64,000 nucleotides of DNA from Candidatus Woesearchaeota archaeon (lineage in GTDB: Archaea > Nanobdellota > Nanobdellia > Woesearchaeales > WJKL01). A program made the position numbers and the translations under genes. The stretch spans positions 326-64,325 of the forward strand of contig WJJM01000055.1 in NCBI GenBank assembly GCA_014729675.1, written 5' to 3'. How positions within the stretch are numbered: position 1 is the stretch's first letter; each line of letters begins with the position of its first letter. Below are positions 48,350 to 57,952 of this stretch, piece after piece. Below the pieces are notes generated by a model. It saw only the letters and a list, made by a program, of their open reading frames with translations, was not told the origin of the DNA and did not search any database.

Positions 48350-49825
48350 TTATTCTTTCTCTAGATATGCGTCTACAGATTCAAGTTCAACATCTGTTAC
48401 ACAGTCATTGAAAGCTTTTTCTCCCATGCCGAGAAGCTTGTCTGCATACTCTCTTTGTTTTGCGTCAGAGATTATCCTGAATTTTCCTTTTTCTGTCTTT
48501 GAAGCCCTGTACCAGATCCAGCCAGGACCTTCTTTAGTGGGCTTTCTTATAATCTTAAGGCCGCCAGTCTCGTCTCCTGTTGTCCTGATCTCTTTTATAT
48601 GTTCCTGATTTTCCCAATATTCTTTGAGCTTTTCTTTTATCTTAACTGCAATATCAGGGTTGCATTCAATAGCAGCCCTTTCATTGTAATATTCTGGAAA
48701 TTCTTCTAAAATCTCGGTTATCCTCTGTTTTCTTTTTGCCATGAGATGCAGGATCTGTACAAGTGAAAGTATACCATCTCTGCATCTTGAGGGAGGGGTT
48801 ATTCCTCCTGATGAAGAGCCTTCTCCGCCTACAGGAGCATTAAGTTCTTCCATCTTCTCTACAACATTGATCTCTCCCACCTCAACCTCAACTGTTTCTG
48901 CATCGTGTTTTTGAGCAATGTCTTTTATCAGGTCAGATGTAGCATCATTTACTACAACATATTTATTATTTCCATCATATTCTGAGAGAATCGCTTCTAC
49001 TATCAGGCCAAGGATATAATGTCCTGAAAGCATCCTGCCTCTTTTTTTTGAGAATTCCGAGCTGTTGGGAATGACGAGCTCAACACGATCTCCGTCGCAG
49101 TCCCATCCAGCTCCGATATCAGCATCAAGATCCTCTACATAATAAGCAAGGTATGCCAGTGATTTTTCATTTGGCTCGACAAGCCTGTTAAAGACTCCAA
49201 GCTCCATGTTTTTTTCTACTATCCTTATATTTAGTTTTTCAAGTATATCTCTTATGACAGTTGCAGCTGCTCCCCCGTTTGGATCTACAACAACCTTAAG
49301 TTTGGCATCCTGGATCGCTATTATGCCTTTTTCTCCTATCATCTCCATTATGAAATCAACATAAGCATTCCTTAGTTCAGAGCCTCTGTCTTCTGACTTT
49401 CCTCTTGTTTTTGAATCTGGGTTTTCAGGAGACTTGCTGTTTTCTATGACCTCTTTTATCTCTTCAGGCTTCAATACAGAGCCTGTTTCTCTAAGAAATT
49501 TCCAACCATTCCACATAGGCTCGTTATGTGAAGCAGAGATTATTACTCCTCCATCTGCATTGTAATGCCTTACTCCATGCTGTATGGATGGAGTTGTGTT
49601 GAAGCCCACATCATGAACATCTATTCCCTGTCTTAGAAATATCTTTTTCATGTATTCTTTTATTATAGGGGAAGAAGGTCTGGTGTCCATGCCAAGTATG
49701 ACAAGAGGATTTGGTTTTTTATTCTTCAGAAAGGACGCATAACTGAGAGCATAGTTCTCTATAACTTCTTTAGTCAGGTCTTTATTAAAGATTCCACGTA
49801 TCCCTGAGAATGATTCTGTAAGCAT
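48350..49825 (-). CDS. phosphoglucomutase/phosphomannomutase family protein
   Basis: Active-site block ISASHNEPMWNGWKF (SASHNP), metal-binding GWDCDGDR. Confidence 0.85.
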   Translation of the reverse strand: MLTESFSGIRGIFNKDLTKEVIENYALSYASFLKNKKPNPLVILGMDTRPSSPIIKEYMKKIFLRQGIDVHDVGFNTTPSIQHGVRHYNADGGVIISASHNEPMWNGWKFLRETGSVLKPEEIKEVIENSKSPENPDSKTRGKSEDRGSELRNAYVDFIMEMIGEKGIIAIQDAKLKVVVDPNGGAAATVIRDILEKLNIRIVEKNMELGVFNRLVEPNEKSLAYLAYYVEDLDADIGAGWDCDGDRVELVIPNSSEFSKKRGRMLSGHYILGLIVEAILSEYDGNNKYVVVNDATSDLIKDIAQKHDAETVEVEVGEINVVEKMEELNAPVGGEGSSSGGITPPSRCRDGILSLVQILHLMAKRKQRITEILEEFPEYYNERAAIECNPDIAVKIKEKLKEYWENQEHIKEIRTTGDETGGLKIIRKPTKEGPGWIWYRASKTEKGKFRIISDAKQREYADKLLGMGEKAFNDCVTDVELESVDAYLEKE

Positions 49826-49907
49826 AAGGTATATTTTTCTAACCTCATTTATAAATCTTTATGATTTTGACAGGAAATCTTCTAAACCGGCAAACCCTCT
49901 TAACAGC

Positions 49908-50468
49908 ATGAAGAAAGAAATCAGAATATTGTCTGTTGATGATGCTCCTTTTGATAAGTTTAAGGATAGGGATGTCTTGGTCGTTGGGGTGATGATGAGA
50001 AGAGGACAATGGGTCGATGGGGTGATGTCAACCAGAGTCAGGGTCGATGGCAGAAATTCTACTGCTAAGTTAGTTAGTATGATAAACAAAAGCAAGTTCA
50101 AGCCCCAGCTGCAGGCTGTCATATTGGATGGGATAGCCTTTGGAGGATTTAATATTGTTGATATCGAGAGATTGAACCTAGAGACTAATCTTCCTGTCAT
50201 AGTTGTGATAAGAAGGATGCCTGATTTCAGGAAGATAAAAAAGACTTTGAAGAAATTAGGGAAAGAGGAGAAGTACAAACTGATCGAGAAAGCAGGAGAC
50301 GTTGTTGAGGTCAAAGGGATATATGTGCAGTTCAAGGGCGTAGGGATTGATGCAGTTAAAGGCATATTAGATGCTGCATGCACGAGAAGCTTATTGCCGG
50401 AATCTCTCAGGGTTTCGCATATGGTGGGTGCAGGGATTATCAGGGGAGAGAGTAAGGGGAATGCTTGA
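49908..50468 (+). CDS. DUF99/UPF0215-like archaeal protein (from memory)
   Basis: N-terminal ILSVDDAPF as recalled for the family; 186 aa. Confidence 0.4.
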   Translation: MKKEIRILSVDDAPFDKFKDRDVLVVGVMMRRGQWVDGVMSTRVRVDGRNSTAKLVSMINKSKFKPQLQAVILDGIAFGGFNIVDIERLNLETNLPVIVVIRRMPDFRKIKKTLKKLGKEEKYKLIEKAGDVVEVKGIYVQFKGVGIDAVKGILDAACTRSLLPESLRVSHMVGAGIIRGESKGNA

Positions 50469-50580
50469 TTGTGACTGGGAGATAGAATTATTTAAAAAGT
50501 CTGCGTATTTCCGAATCAATTATAGCAATATTTATAAATAAACTCATCAACACCATTATATAAAAACCGGGGGTTACAAA

Positions 50581-51297
50581 GTGGGTTTTGAAGAAGTTAA
50601 AGAGAGGTTTCAAATATTTGAAAAGAAGCATGGTAAAAATGCGTTCTTGAAAGTAGATGAATTCTTAGAAGAAATTAAAGCTGAATATCTTAAACAAAGA
50701 ACTAAAGAATATATGGATCAGGGTATTATCCAAAATGAAGCCCACAACAAAGCTAGACAATCATGGAGACCAAAAGTAGGTTCTTTTCTTGAAAGCCTTG
50801 TCAAATACATGATTGAAGAATTTTGTGGTGATTCAGATATAAAAATCTCTTCTGATAAAAAACTTAAGAAGCGAGAGCTTAGTAAAGAATTATCACTTTT
50901 ACGTAGTATGATGGAAGTTCACTTTAATGAATATTCCTTATTACCAGATGCCGATTTAGTTTTGTATAAATACAATGAGAAATTAGAAAAAGTAAAAGTT
51001 CTTTGTATTCTTTCTTTGAAAACTTCTTTTAGAGAAAGATTTACTGAAACTCCTTATTGGAAATTGAAATTAAAACAAGACCCCCGTACTGAAAAAATTA
51101 AAGTATTTATGGTTACTCCAGACAATACAGACGAGATAAGTTATTCTGGAAGCAATGGCCCAAGAAAAGCACGTATTATCATGGAATATGAGCTTGATGG
51201 GATTTACATGGCTAGAGAAGAATTTGACGAATCAAAAAAAATAAAGGGCCTTCATGATTTATTTGAGAACCTTGAAGAAATAATCAAAGAAAAATGA
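50581..51297 (+). CDS. putative type II restriction endonuclease (partner of the following MTase)
   Basis: 4-nt overlap with the MTase gene; possible PD...(D/E)xK-like stretch LPDADLVLYK...CILSLK; noticeably AT-rich relative to its neighbours. Confidence 0.4.
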   Translation: MGFEEVKERFQIFEKKHGKNAFLKVDEFLEEIKAEYLKQRTKEYMDQGIIQNEAHNKARQSWRPKVGSFLESLVKYMIEEFCGDSDIKISSDKKLKKRELSKELSLLRSMMEVHFNEYSLLPDADLVLYKYNEKLEKVKVLCILSLKTSFRERFTETPYWKLKLKQDPRTEKIKVFMVTPDNTDEISYSGSNGPRKARIIMEYELDGIYMAREEFDESKKIKGLHDLFENLEEIIKEK

Positions 51298-52148
51298 AAC
51301 ACTTAAACAAAATCATTAACGGAGATGTATTGAAAGTAATGAAAAAGATACCTAGTAATAGCGTTCATCTTGCCATAACGTCGCCACCTTACAACGTTGG
51401 AAAAAATTATGATGCTCATAACGACGAAATGGACTATCAGGAATATCTTAATTGGCTCAATAAGGTCTGGAAAGAAGTTAAAAGAGCTTTAGTTCCAGGA
51501 GGAAGATTTTGTTTAAACATTGCTCCAACAGGGATCAAAGAATTTGTTCCAATCCATCATGATTTTACAGACCAATTTAGAAAATTGGGTATGATTTTCA
51601 GAACAGAGATAATTTGGTATAAACAAACAATGTTGAAAAGAACAGCATGGGGAAGTTTTAAGAGCCCTTCCAATCCTCACATAGTTCCATCATGGGAATA
51701 TGTTTTAGTTTTCTCTAAAAAACAAAACAAACTAGAGGGAGACTCAAAAGTCGCAGACATAACTAAAGAGGAGTTTATGAAATTCTCTGATGGATTTTGG
51801 CACATAGCACCAGAGAGAAAAAGAAATGGCCATCCAGCTCCATTTCCAGAAGAACTAATTTACCGTCTCATTAAATTTTACAGTTTTAGAGGAAATACAG
51901 TTTTGGATATGTTTGGTGGAACTGGAACAGTTGCCTTAGTCTCTTCTAAAACAAAAAGAAATTTTATTCATATTGACGTCTCTGAAGAGTACTGTGGAAC
52001 AGCAGAACAAAGACTAAAAAATTACTTTACACAATCAAAATTATCTAATCTAAGAAAAAATGGAAACGCTAAATCAAATGGAATTTCTAAAAAGTTAGTG
52101 ATATCGCATGAAGAACTAAGCGAAGTTAAAGCTCATTCTACAACTTAA
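51294..52148 (+). CDS. beta-class DNA methyltransferase, probably N4-cytosine (SPPY)
   Basis: Motif IV TSPPYN precedes motif I DMFGGTGTV; SPP[YF] is typical of N4C MTases. Confidence 0.85.
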   Translation: MKHLNKIINGDVLKVMKKIPSNSVHLAITSPPYNVGKNYDAHNDEMDYQEYLNWLNKVWKEVKRALVPGGRFCLNIAPTGIKEFVPIHHDFTDQFRKLGMIFRTEIIWYKQTMLKRTAWGSFKSPSNPHIVPSWEYVLVFSKKQNKLEGDSKVADITKEEFMKFSDGFWHIAPERKRNGHPAPFPEELIYRLIKFYSFRGNTVLDMFGGTGTVALVSSKTKRNFIHIDVSEEYCGTAEQRLKNYFTQSKLSNLRKNGNAKSNGISKKLVISHEELSEVKAHSTT

Positions 52149-52374
52149 GATTGAAAATTATTAATTGAGATTTTGTCCCTTAATGTATGTTCTTGAAGAC
52201 TCTTCGAGCTTAAAGGAACGGAAACTCTCCGGTGCTATGCATATATACACTCCTTGCAGTAGAATTGATTTGAAATGGAAATTTTACTTTTCGGAACGAA
52301 ATTTCCCAGAACTCCGCTTCGTTAGTAACAGAAAACGTATTTAACACTCATCTTATCAAACAAAACATAATAAT

Positions 52375-54132
52375 CTAAACATAATAATATTTTTCTTCTG
52401 CTTTTTGTTCGCGGTCTTTTACTGATTCTTCTTTGTTGGCTCTTGGTCTGTTGGATTCAGGGTCTCGCCTGAATGTCATGTTTAAGTCTTCAAGGAAAAC
52501 ATTCATCCCTTTTTCCATAATGAAAGGGCCTTTTGCTTCTCCTTTTACAGCAGGCTGTCCGTCAAATACAAGAAGCTTTTGGGAGAGATAGTCTATGAAC
52601 AACAGGTCATGGTCAACTATCAATGCAGTCTTTCCTTTGTCTTCCATCAGCTCTTTTATTATCTTTGATATAACCAATCTTTGTTCTACGTCAAGATATG
52701 CAGAAGGCTCGTCAAGAAGATAAAGGTCTGCTTCTTTTGAAAGGCAAAGTGCTATAGATACTCTCTGCAATTCTCCTCCAGACAACTGGTTAAGCTGTTT
52801 TGTTATCAGAGGCTTTATGTTAAGAGGATTTATTATCGTCTTTGAGTACTTGTCGATGGCTTGCTTAAGGACTGTTGCTACAAGCTCATCTGATTCTGAT
52901 TTGAGGTATTGCGGCTTGTAGCTTACCTTTATGCCTTCAGAGATATTTCCTTTGTCGGGTTCTATCTCTCCTGCAAGCATCTTTATGAAGGAGGTCTTAC
53001 CGATTCCATTTTCACCAAGGATGCCTATGACATCTTTTCTGCAGATATTTCCTTCAGGAGCTTTCAGCTTAAAATTACCAAGCTTTTTCTCTATCTCTTT
53101 CCATCCTGTAATTATGTTTTGAGATGTTGATTTTAAAGGAGGGCCGGATCCGAATTTTATGGTGTGGTCACGGAAACGGATATTTTCTTCTCTTAAGAAT
53201 CCTTCAAGATAAGAATTGATGGCAGTCCTTGTGGCCTTTACAGTGGAGACAATACCATAGGCATCTTCTTTTCCATACATTATATGGATGAGGTCTGTGA
53301 GGTAATCAAGCACTATAAGATCGTGCTCAACCAGAAGTATTGCAGTGTCTTTGTCTGCTAAGGACCTTATGAATCTGGAAATTTTGATTCTCTGCTTTAT
53401 GTCAAGATAAGAAGATGGCTCATCAAAGATGTAAAGGTTGGCTTTTTTCAGGACAGTCGCCGCAATAGCAACACGCTGAAGTTCTCCTCCAGATATCTTT
53501 TTTATGTCATTCTCAAGTATATTTTCAATATCAAGCTTTTTTGCTATGGCTTCTAATTGCCCTTTTTCATCAACCTTCTCAAGAAGCTGTTTTACTGTCC
53601 CTTTTTCTGCTTTTGGGATCAGGTCAACCTGCTGAGGCTTGTATGCTATGTTTATCTTTTTCTGTTTTAGCTTTTCAAAAAATAACTGGGATTCTGTGCC
53701 TTTGAAGTATTCAATAAGATCATCATAGGAGGCTTCCTTGTTCTCTTTCCAGTCTCCAAGGTTGGGCTTTAGAAGACCTGAAAGGATCTTCAATGCAGTG
53801 GATTTTCCTATTCCGTTTCTTCCTAATATTCCTACAACCTTTCCAAAGATAGGTGTAGGAAGATTATAGAGATGGAACCCGTTTCGCCCATATTGATGTA
53901 TAGGATTCTCAAGCTCTTCAGGTAAGTTGATTATATCTATAGCCTCAAAAGGGCATTTGTTTACGCAGATTCCGCAGCCGATACAAAGACCTTCATCTAT
54001 TCCAGCCTTGCCTTCATTTTTGTATATGCAGTTTTCTCCTTTCCTGTTGACAGGGCATACCCTCATGCAGAGATAATTTCCGCAGCTTGTAGGATTGCAT
54101 TTTTCCCTGTCTACTATAGCTATCCTTGGCAT
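52375..54132 (-). CDS. abcE1: ABCE1 (RNase L inhibitor homolog) ribosome-recycling ATPase
   Basis: N-terminal CxxC/4Fe-4S ferredoxin motifs plus two ABC cassettes; 585 aa. Confidence 0.95.
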   Translation of the reverse strand: MPRIAIVDREKCNPTSCGNYLCMRVCPVNRKGENCIYKNEGKAGIDEGLCIGCGICVNKCPFEAIDIINLPEELENPIHQYGRNGFHLYNLPTPIFGKVVGILGRNGIGKSTALKILSGLLKPNLGDWKENKEASYDDLIEYFKGTESQLFFEKLKQKKINIAYKPQQVDLIPKAEKGTVKQLLEKVDEKGQLEAIAKKLDIENILENDIKKISGGELQRVAIAATVLKKANLYIFDEPSSYLDIKQRIKISRFIRSLADKDTAILLVEHDLIVLDYLTDLIHIMYGKEDAYGIVSTVKATRTAINSYLEGFLREENIRFRDHTIKFGSGPPLKSTSQNIITGWKEIEKKLGNFKLKAPEGNICRKDVIGILGENGIGKTSFIKMLAGEIEPDKGNISEGIKVSYKPQYLKSESDELVATVLKQAIDKYSKTIINPLNIKPLITKQLNQLSGGELQRVSIALCLSKEADLYLLDEPSAYLDVEQRLVISKIIKELMEDKGKTALIVDHDLLFIDYLSQKLLVFDGQPAVKGEAKGPFIMEKGMNVFLEDLNMTFRRDPESNRPRANKEESVKDREQKAEEKYYYV

Positions 54133-54236
54133 GGTTTTTTGGATAGATCTGTTGTTTTTAAATGTAATGTTTTAATCTGGTTATCTTTTGATTTTCCATC
54201 AAAAACCATTCTTTTTTAATAAACTAAGATTTAATT

Positions 54237-54385
54237 ATATCTCTAAGTCAGACTTTAATCTGTATAATTGAAAGCCTGCTTTGCGATCAGGATTTAAAAA
54301 TCCAATCTATGGCACTCACAGCTTCGCTGTTCGTGCACAGTCTCTCACTTCAGATAATCTGACTGCTAAGTTCGTTCAATCTAAG
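54237..54385. repeat. second locus of the dispersed intergenic repeat family (A-type plus B-type segments, contiguous)
   Basis: See 22887-23285. Confidence 0.65.
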
Positions 54386-54641
54386 CCAAAAGATTACTAA
54401 TCGTTTTTGTTTCAGCAGTAGAATTTATGCGAATGCAGTGAGAATACTTATAGACTATTATAGATTATGGTTAAACCATCTTATGCAAAAAATTTCCTAA
54501 CCTAAAGAGTAAGATCGAATAAACTTTATCTATAGAGCATTTCTTCTAATTCATAAAATCATATTGCTAATAAGAATAAATGCTTAACTTAAAAACAAAA
54601 CTTAATCAATAACTTTTTAAAGCATATCTATTACATGGTTA

Positions 54642-55214
54642 TTGATGGCATTTATAACAATAAGCGAAATTATAGCGATAATAGCTATGATTTTTGGGAT
54701 AGGGTATATTTTTTCTGACTATTTCAGGAAAGAGCCTGAGGATGCAGACGAGATGCTGAAATACTATTCCAGGAGGAGCAATGCCTGGGAGAACACGAAA
54801 TTTGCAGCCATGGTAACTGCTCCACCTCTAGTCCTGCATGAGTTTGCCCATAAGATAGCTGCTATGTCTTTCGGTGCAACAGCCGTGCTTAAGGCTCCTT
54901 ATTTTATGTATCTTATAGTTATACTTCTTAAGATGATGCATTTTCCTTTGTTGTTCTTTGTGGGGGGATATGTAAGCCACAGCCCTTTGGCTGCAGGACC
55001 TTCTGCTGTTGTTGCAGTTGCAGGACCTTTGACCAATTTTCTTATCTGGGGCGTCTGTGTATTGATAGTTAAATATAACTGGCTTGACAGCAGATACAAC
55101 AAGATAATCATACCTATGGGCAAGATAAGTATGTTCTTAGGGATATTCAATATGCTTCCCATACCTGGCTTTGACGGACATCATTTTTTTACTTCATTGA
55201 TAAGCCTTTTCTGA
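54642..55214 (+). CDS. small polytopic membrane protein with an HExxH motif (putative zinc metalloprotease)
   Basis: LHEFAHKIAAM within a TM-rich 190-aa protein. Confidence 0.45.
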   Translation: MMAFITISEIIAIIAMIFGIGYIFSDYFRKEPEDADEMLKYYSRRSNAWENTKFAAMVTAPPLVLHEFAHKIAAMSFGATAVLKAPYFMYLIVILLKMMHFPLLFFVGGYVSHSPLAAGPSAVVAVAGPLTNFLIWGVCVLIVKYNWLDSRYNKIIIPMGKISMFLGIFNMLPIPGFDGHHFFTSLISLF

Positions 55215-55298
55215 AACAATTGCAGTTAAGTGCATAGGTTATAAAATATATTTTGAGTCATAACAATCATTAATAAGTGAAGCATATTCTTAAGGGTC

Positions 55299-57020
55299 AT
55301 GGGGAGTGAAGAAGTATTGAAGAAGATAGCAGGAAGTTCAGGTGATGAGTTTTTTTCTCCTGTTCCTGAAGGCTATGAAAAAGGGAAGACAAAATTCATA
55401 ATAATCGCAGGCAGTGTGATGTCTGGAGTAGGCAAGGGAATATTTGCATCTTCTCTGGCAAAACTGCTGAAATATTACGGCTTAAATGTAGCTCCTATAA
55501 AGATAGACGGATATCTTAATCAAGATGCAGGAACATTAAATCCGTTCAGGCATGGAGAGGTATTTGTGCTTGATGACGGGCTTGAATGCGACATGGACCT
55601 TGGCAGTTATGAGAGATTTCTTATGCAGCCATTAAGCAGGGAAAATTATCTTACTGCAGGCATGATATTTGACAAGATATTGAAAAGAGAAAGAAAAGGG
55701 GATTATCTTGGAAGAGATGTTCAGTTCATACCTCATGTTACAGGAGAAGTAAAGCAGGCTTTAAGAAAGCTTGCAGTCAAATCAAAAGCAGATGTTGTGC
55801 TGGTAGAGATAGGGGGGACTGTAGGAGATTTTGAGAATGCTTATGTTATAGAAGCTATGAGGGAGATGATATATGAAGAAGGAAAGAACAATACTTGTTT
55901 TATAAATATCAGCTATATACTAGAGCCGCCAAACTTAGGGGAGCAGAAAAGCAAGCCTGCACAGTTAGGCATAGAAAGACTAAGGGGATTAGGGATACAG
56001 CCAGATATAATGGTCTGCAGGTCAAGCAATCCTATAGCTGATAAGATAAAGGAAAAGATAAGTGTCTATTCTAATGTAGAAGTTGAGAATGTAATAGGCT
56101 TGCATAATACTGATACAGTATACAAGGCTCCGTTTCTTCTTAAGGATCTGAAAGCAGATGAGAGAGTCGTAAGCCTGCTCAATCTAAATTCAAAGATAAG
56201 CAACAGGATGCAGAAAAAAGAGCTGGAGAGATGGAACAAGTTTGTAGAAAAATATACAAATATAGATGAAAAGGTCACTATAGGGATAGCCGGCAAATAT
56301 ACAGGGCTTAATGATTCTTATGCCTCTATATTGAAGGCACTGGAGCATGCAGGAACGCATAACAACCTAAGGATAAAGATAAAGTATATAGAGACAACTG
56401 CTGTAGAGGAAGGGAAACTTTCTGAAAAAGAAGCTTTAGAGGATGTTGACGGGTTGATAGTTCCAGGTGGATTCGGGAAGAGGGGTGCTGAAGGAAAGAT
56501 AAAATGCATAAGATATGCAAGAAGGAAAAAGATACCTTTCCTGGGGCTTTGTTTCGGGTTTCAGATGGCTGTTATAGAATTTGCAAGAGTTAAGGCTGGG
56601 ATGGAAAATGCAGATTCAACTGAATTGGAACCTGAAGCACAAGAGCCTGTAATAGATATCCTTCCTGAGCAGAAGAAAATAGAAGGACTTGGAGGAAATA
56701 TGAGGCTTGGAGGCCAGGATGTTGAGATAAAAAGGGGGACAAAATCTTATGAACTGTATGGAAAAGAGAACATAAGATTGAGGTTCAGGCACAGGTATGA
56801 AGTAAACCCCAAATATATATCCAAGCTTGAAGAAAGCGGGATAGTTTTCAGTGGAAAGCATCCAAAATATAATATAATGCAGGTATTAGAACTGAAAGAC
56901 CATCCTTATTTTTTGGCTACACAAGCACATCCTGAGTTCAATTCAAGACCTTTGGAGCCAGAGCCTCTTTTTAATGGATTTATATCTGCTGCAAGGAATT
57001 CTAGAGACAAGTTTGTTTGA
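55299..57020 (+). CDS. pyrG: CTP synthase
   Basis: GSVMSGVGKG P-loop-like motif and C-terminal glutamine amidotransferase (GLCFGFQ, HPEF). Confidence 0.95.
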   Translation: MGSEEVLKKIAGSSGDEFFSPVPEGYEKGKTKFIIIAGSVMSGVGKGIFASSLAKLLKYYGLNVAPIKIDGYLNQDAGTLNPFRHGEVFVLDDGLECDMDLGSYERFLMQPLSRENYLTAGMIFDKILKRERKGDYLGRDVQFIPHVTGEVKQALRKLAVKSKADVVLVEIGGTVGDFENAYVIEAMREMIYEEGKNNTCFINISYILEPPNLGEQKSKPAQLGIERLRGLGIQPDIMVCRSSNPIADKIKEKISVYSNVEVENVIGLHNTDTVYKAPFLLKDLKADERVVSLLNLNSKISNRMQKKELERWNKFVEKYTNIDEKVTIGIAGKYTGLNDSYASILKALEHAGTHNNLRIKIKYIETTAVEEGKLSEKEALEDVDGLIVPGGFGKRGAEGKIKCIRYARRKKIPFLGLCFGFQMAVIEFARVKAGMENADSTELEPEAQEPVIDILPEQKKIEGLGGNMRLGGQDVEIKRGTKSYELYGKENIRLRFRHRYEVNPKYISKLEESGIVFSGKHPKYNIMQVLELKDHPYFLATQAHPEFNSRPLEPEPLFNGFISAARNSRDKFV

Positions 57021-57073
57021 AAGCAGAAAGATTTTTAAATAAATTGAAGTTTTTGAGATGAAAGGGAAGGTCT

Positions 57074-57952
57074 ATGAATATAATAAAAAAGATATATGAA
57101 AAGCACTACAAGAAACTATTAGTGATTCCGATAGTCTTATTGATTCTTGCATTTGTCCAGATTACTGTCCAGGGAATAAGTACTGGAGATTTTATCAATA
57201 AAGGTGTGAGTCTGAAAGGCGGGTTAAGCATAACTATAGAGAAAAATGCAGATGTAGCTGTTTTGCAGGACAAGCTGGATTCTAAGTTCTCAGGGGCAGA
57301 CATACATGTCAGAGCATTGTCAGAAGCAGGGATACAGGTAGGTACAATTGTTGAGGCTACTGGTGTTGAATCAGATAAGCTTATAGATGAATTGAGCTCA
57401 GAGATGGAGCTGGAAAAAGAAGAGTACAGCATAGAGATCATGGGGAGCAGCCTTGGAGAGAGCTTTTTCCAGGAGACTGTGAAAGCTATGCTCATAGCGT
57501 TTATATTCATGGGGATAGTAGTCTTTTTTTATTTCAGGACAGTTGTGCCAAGTTTTGCAGTAATACTTGCTGCTTTTTCTGATATTGTCGTTACGATGTC
57601 CATAGTCAACCTAATGGGGATGAGATTGAGCACTGCAGGCATAGCTGCATTTTTGATGCTTATAGGTTATAGCGTAGATACAGATATATTATTGACAACA
57701 AGACTGCTGAAAAGAAGGCAGGGAACAGTAATGGAAAGGGTATATGGGGCTATGAAAACTGGGCTTACAATGAATATAACCACTATGACTGCTATATTGG
57801 TCGCTTTGTTTTTGGCACAGTCGGATGTGATAAAACAGATAATGATCATATTGCTCATAGGATTGATCGTAGATATGATAAATACATGGATACAAAATGT
57901 AGGAATACTAAGGATATATCTGGGAAAGAAGGGAGTAAAAGATGAAAGCTAA
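57074..57952 (+). CDS. secF: protein-export membrane protein SecF
   Basis: 292 aa; single N-terminal TM, periplasmic domain and a 5-TM C-terminal block; overlaps the secD start. Confidence 0.75.
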   Translation: MNIIKKIYEKHYKKLLVIPIVLLILAFVQITVQGISTGDFINKGVSLKGGLSITIEKNADVAVLQDKLDSKFSGADIHVRALSEAGIQVGTIVEATGVESDKLIDELSSEMELEKEEYSIEIMGSSLGESFFQETVKAMLIAFIFMGIVVFFYFRTVVPSFAVILAAFSDIVVTMSIVNLMGMRLSTAGIAAFLMLIGYSVDTDILLTTRLLKRRQGTVMERVYGAMKTGLTMNITTMTAILVALFLAQSDVIKQIMIILLIGLIVDMINTWIQNVGILRIYLGKKGVKDES

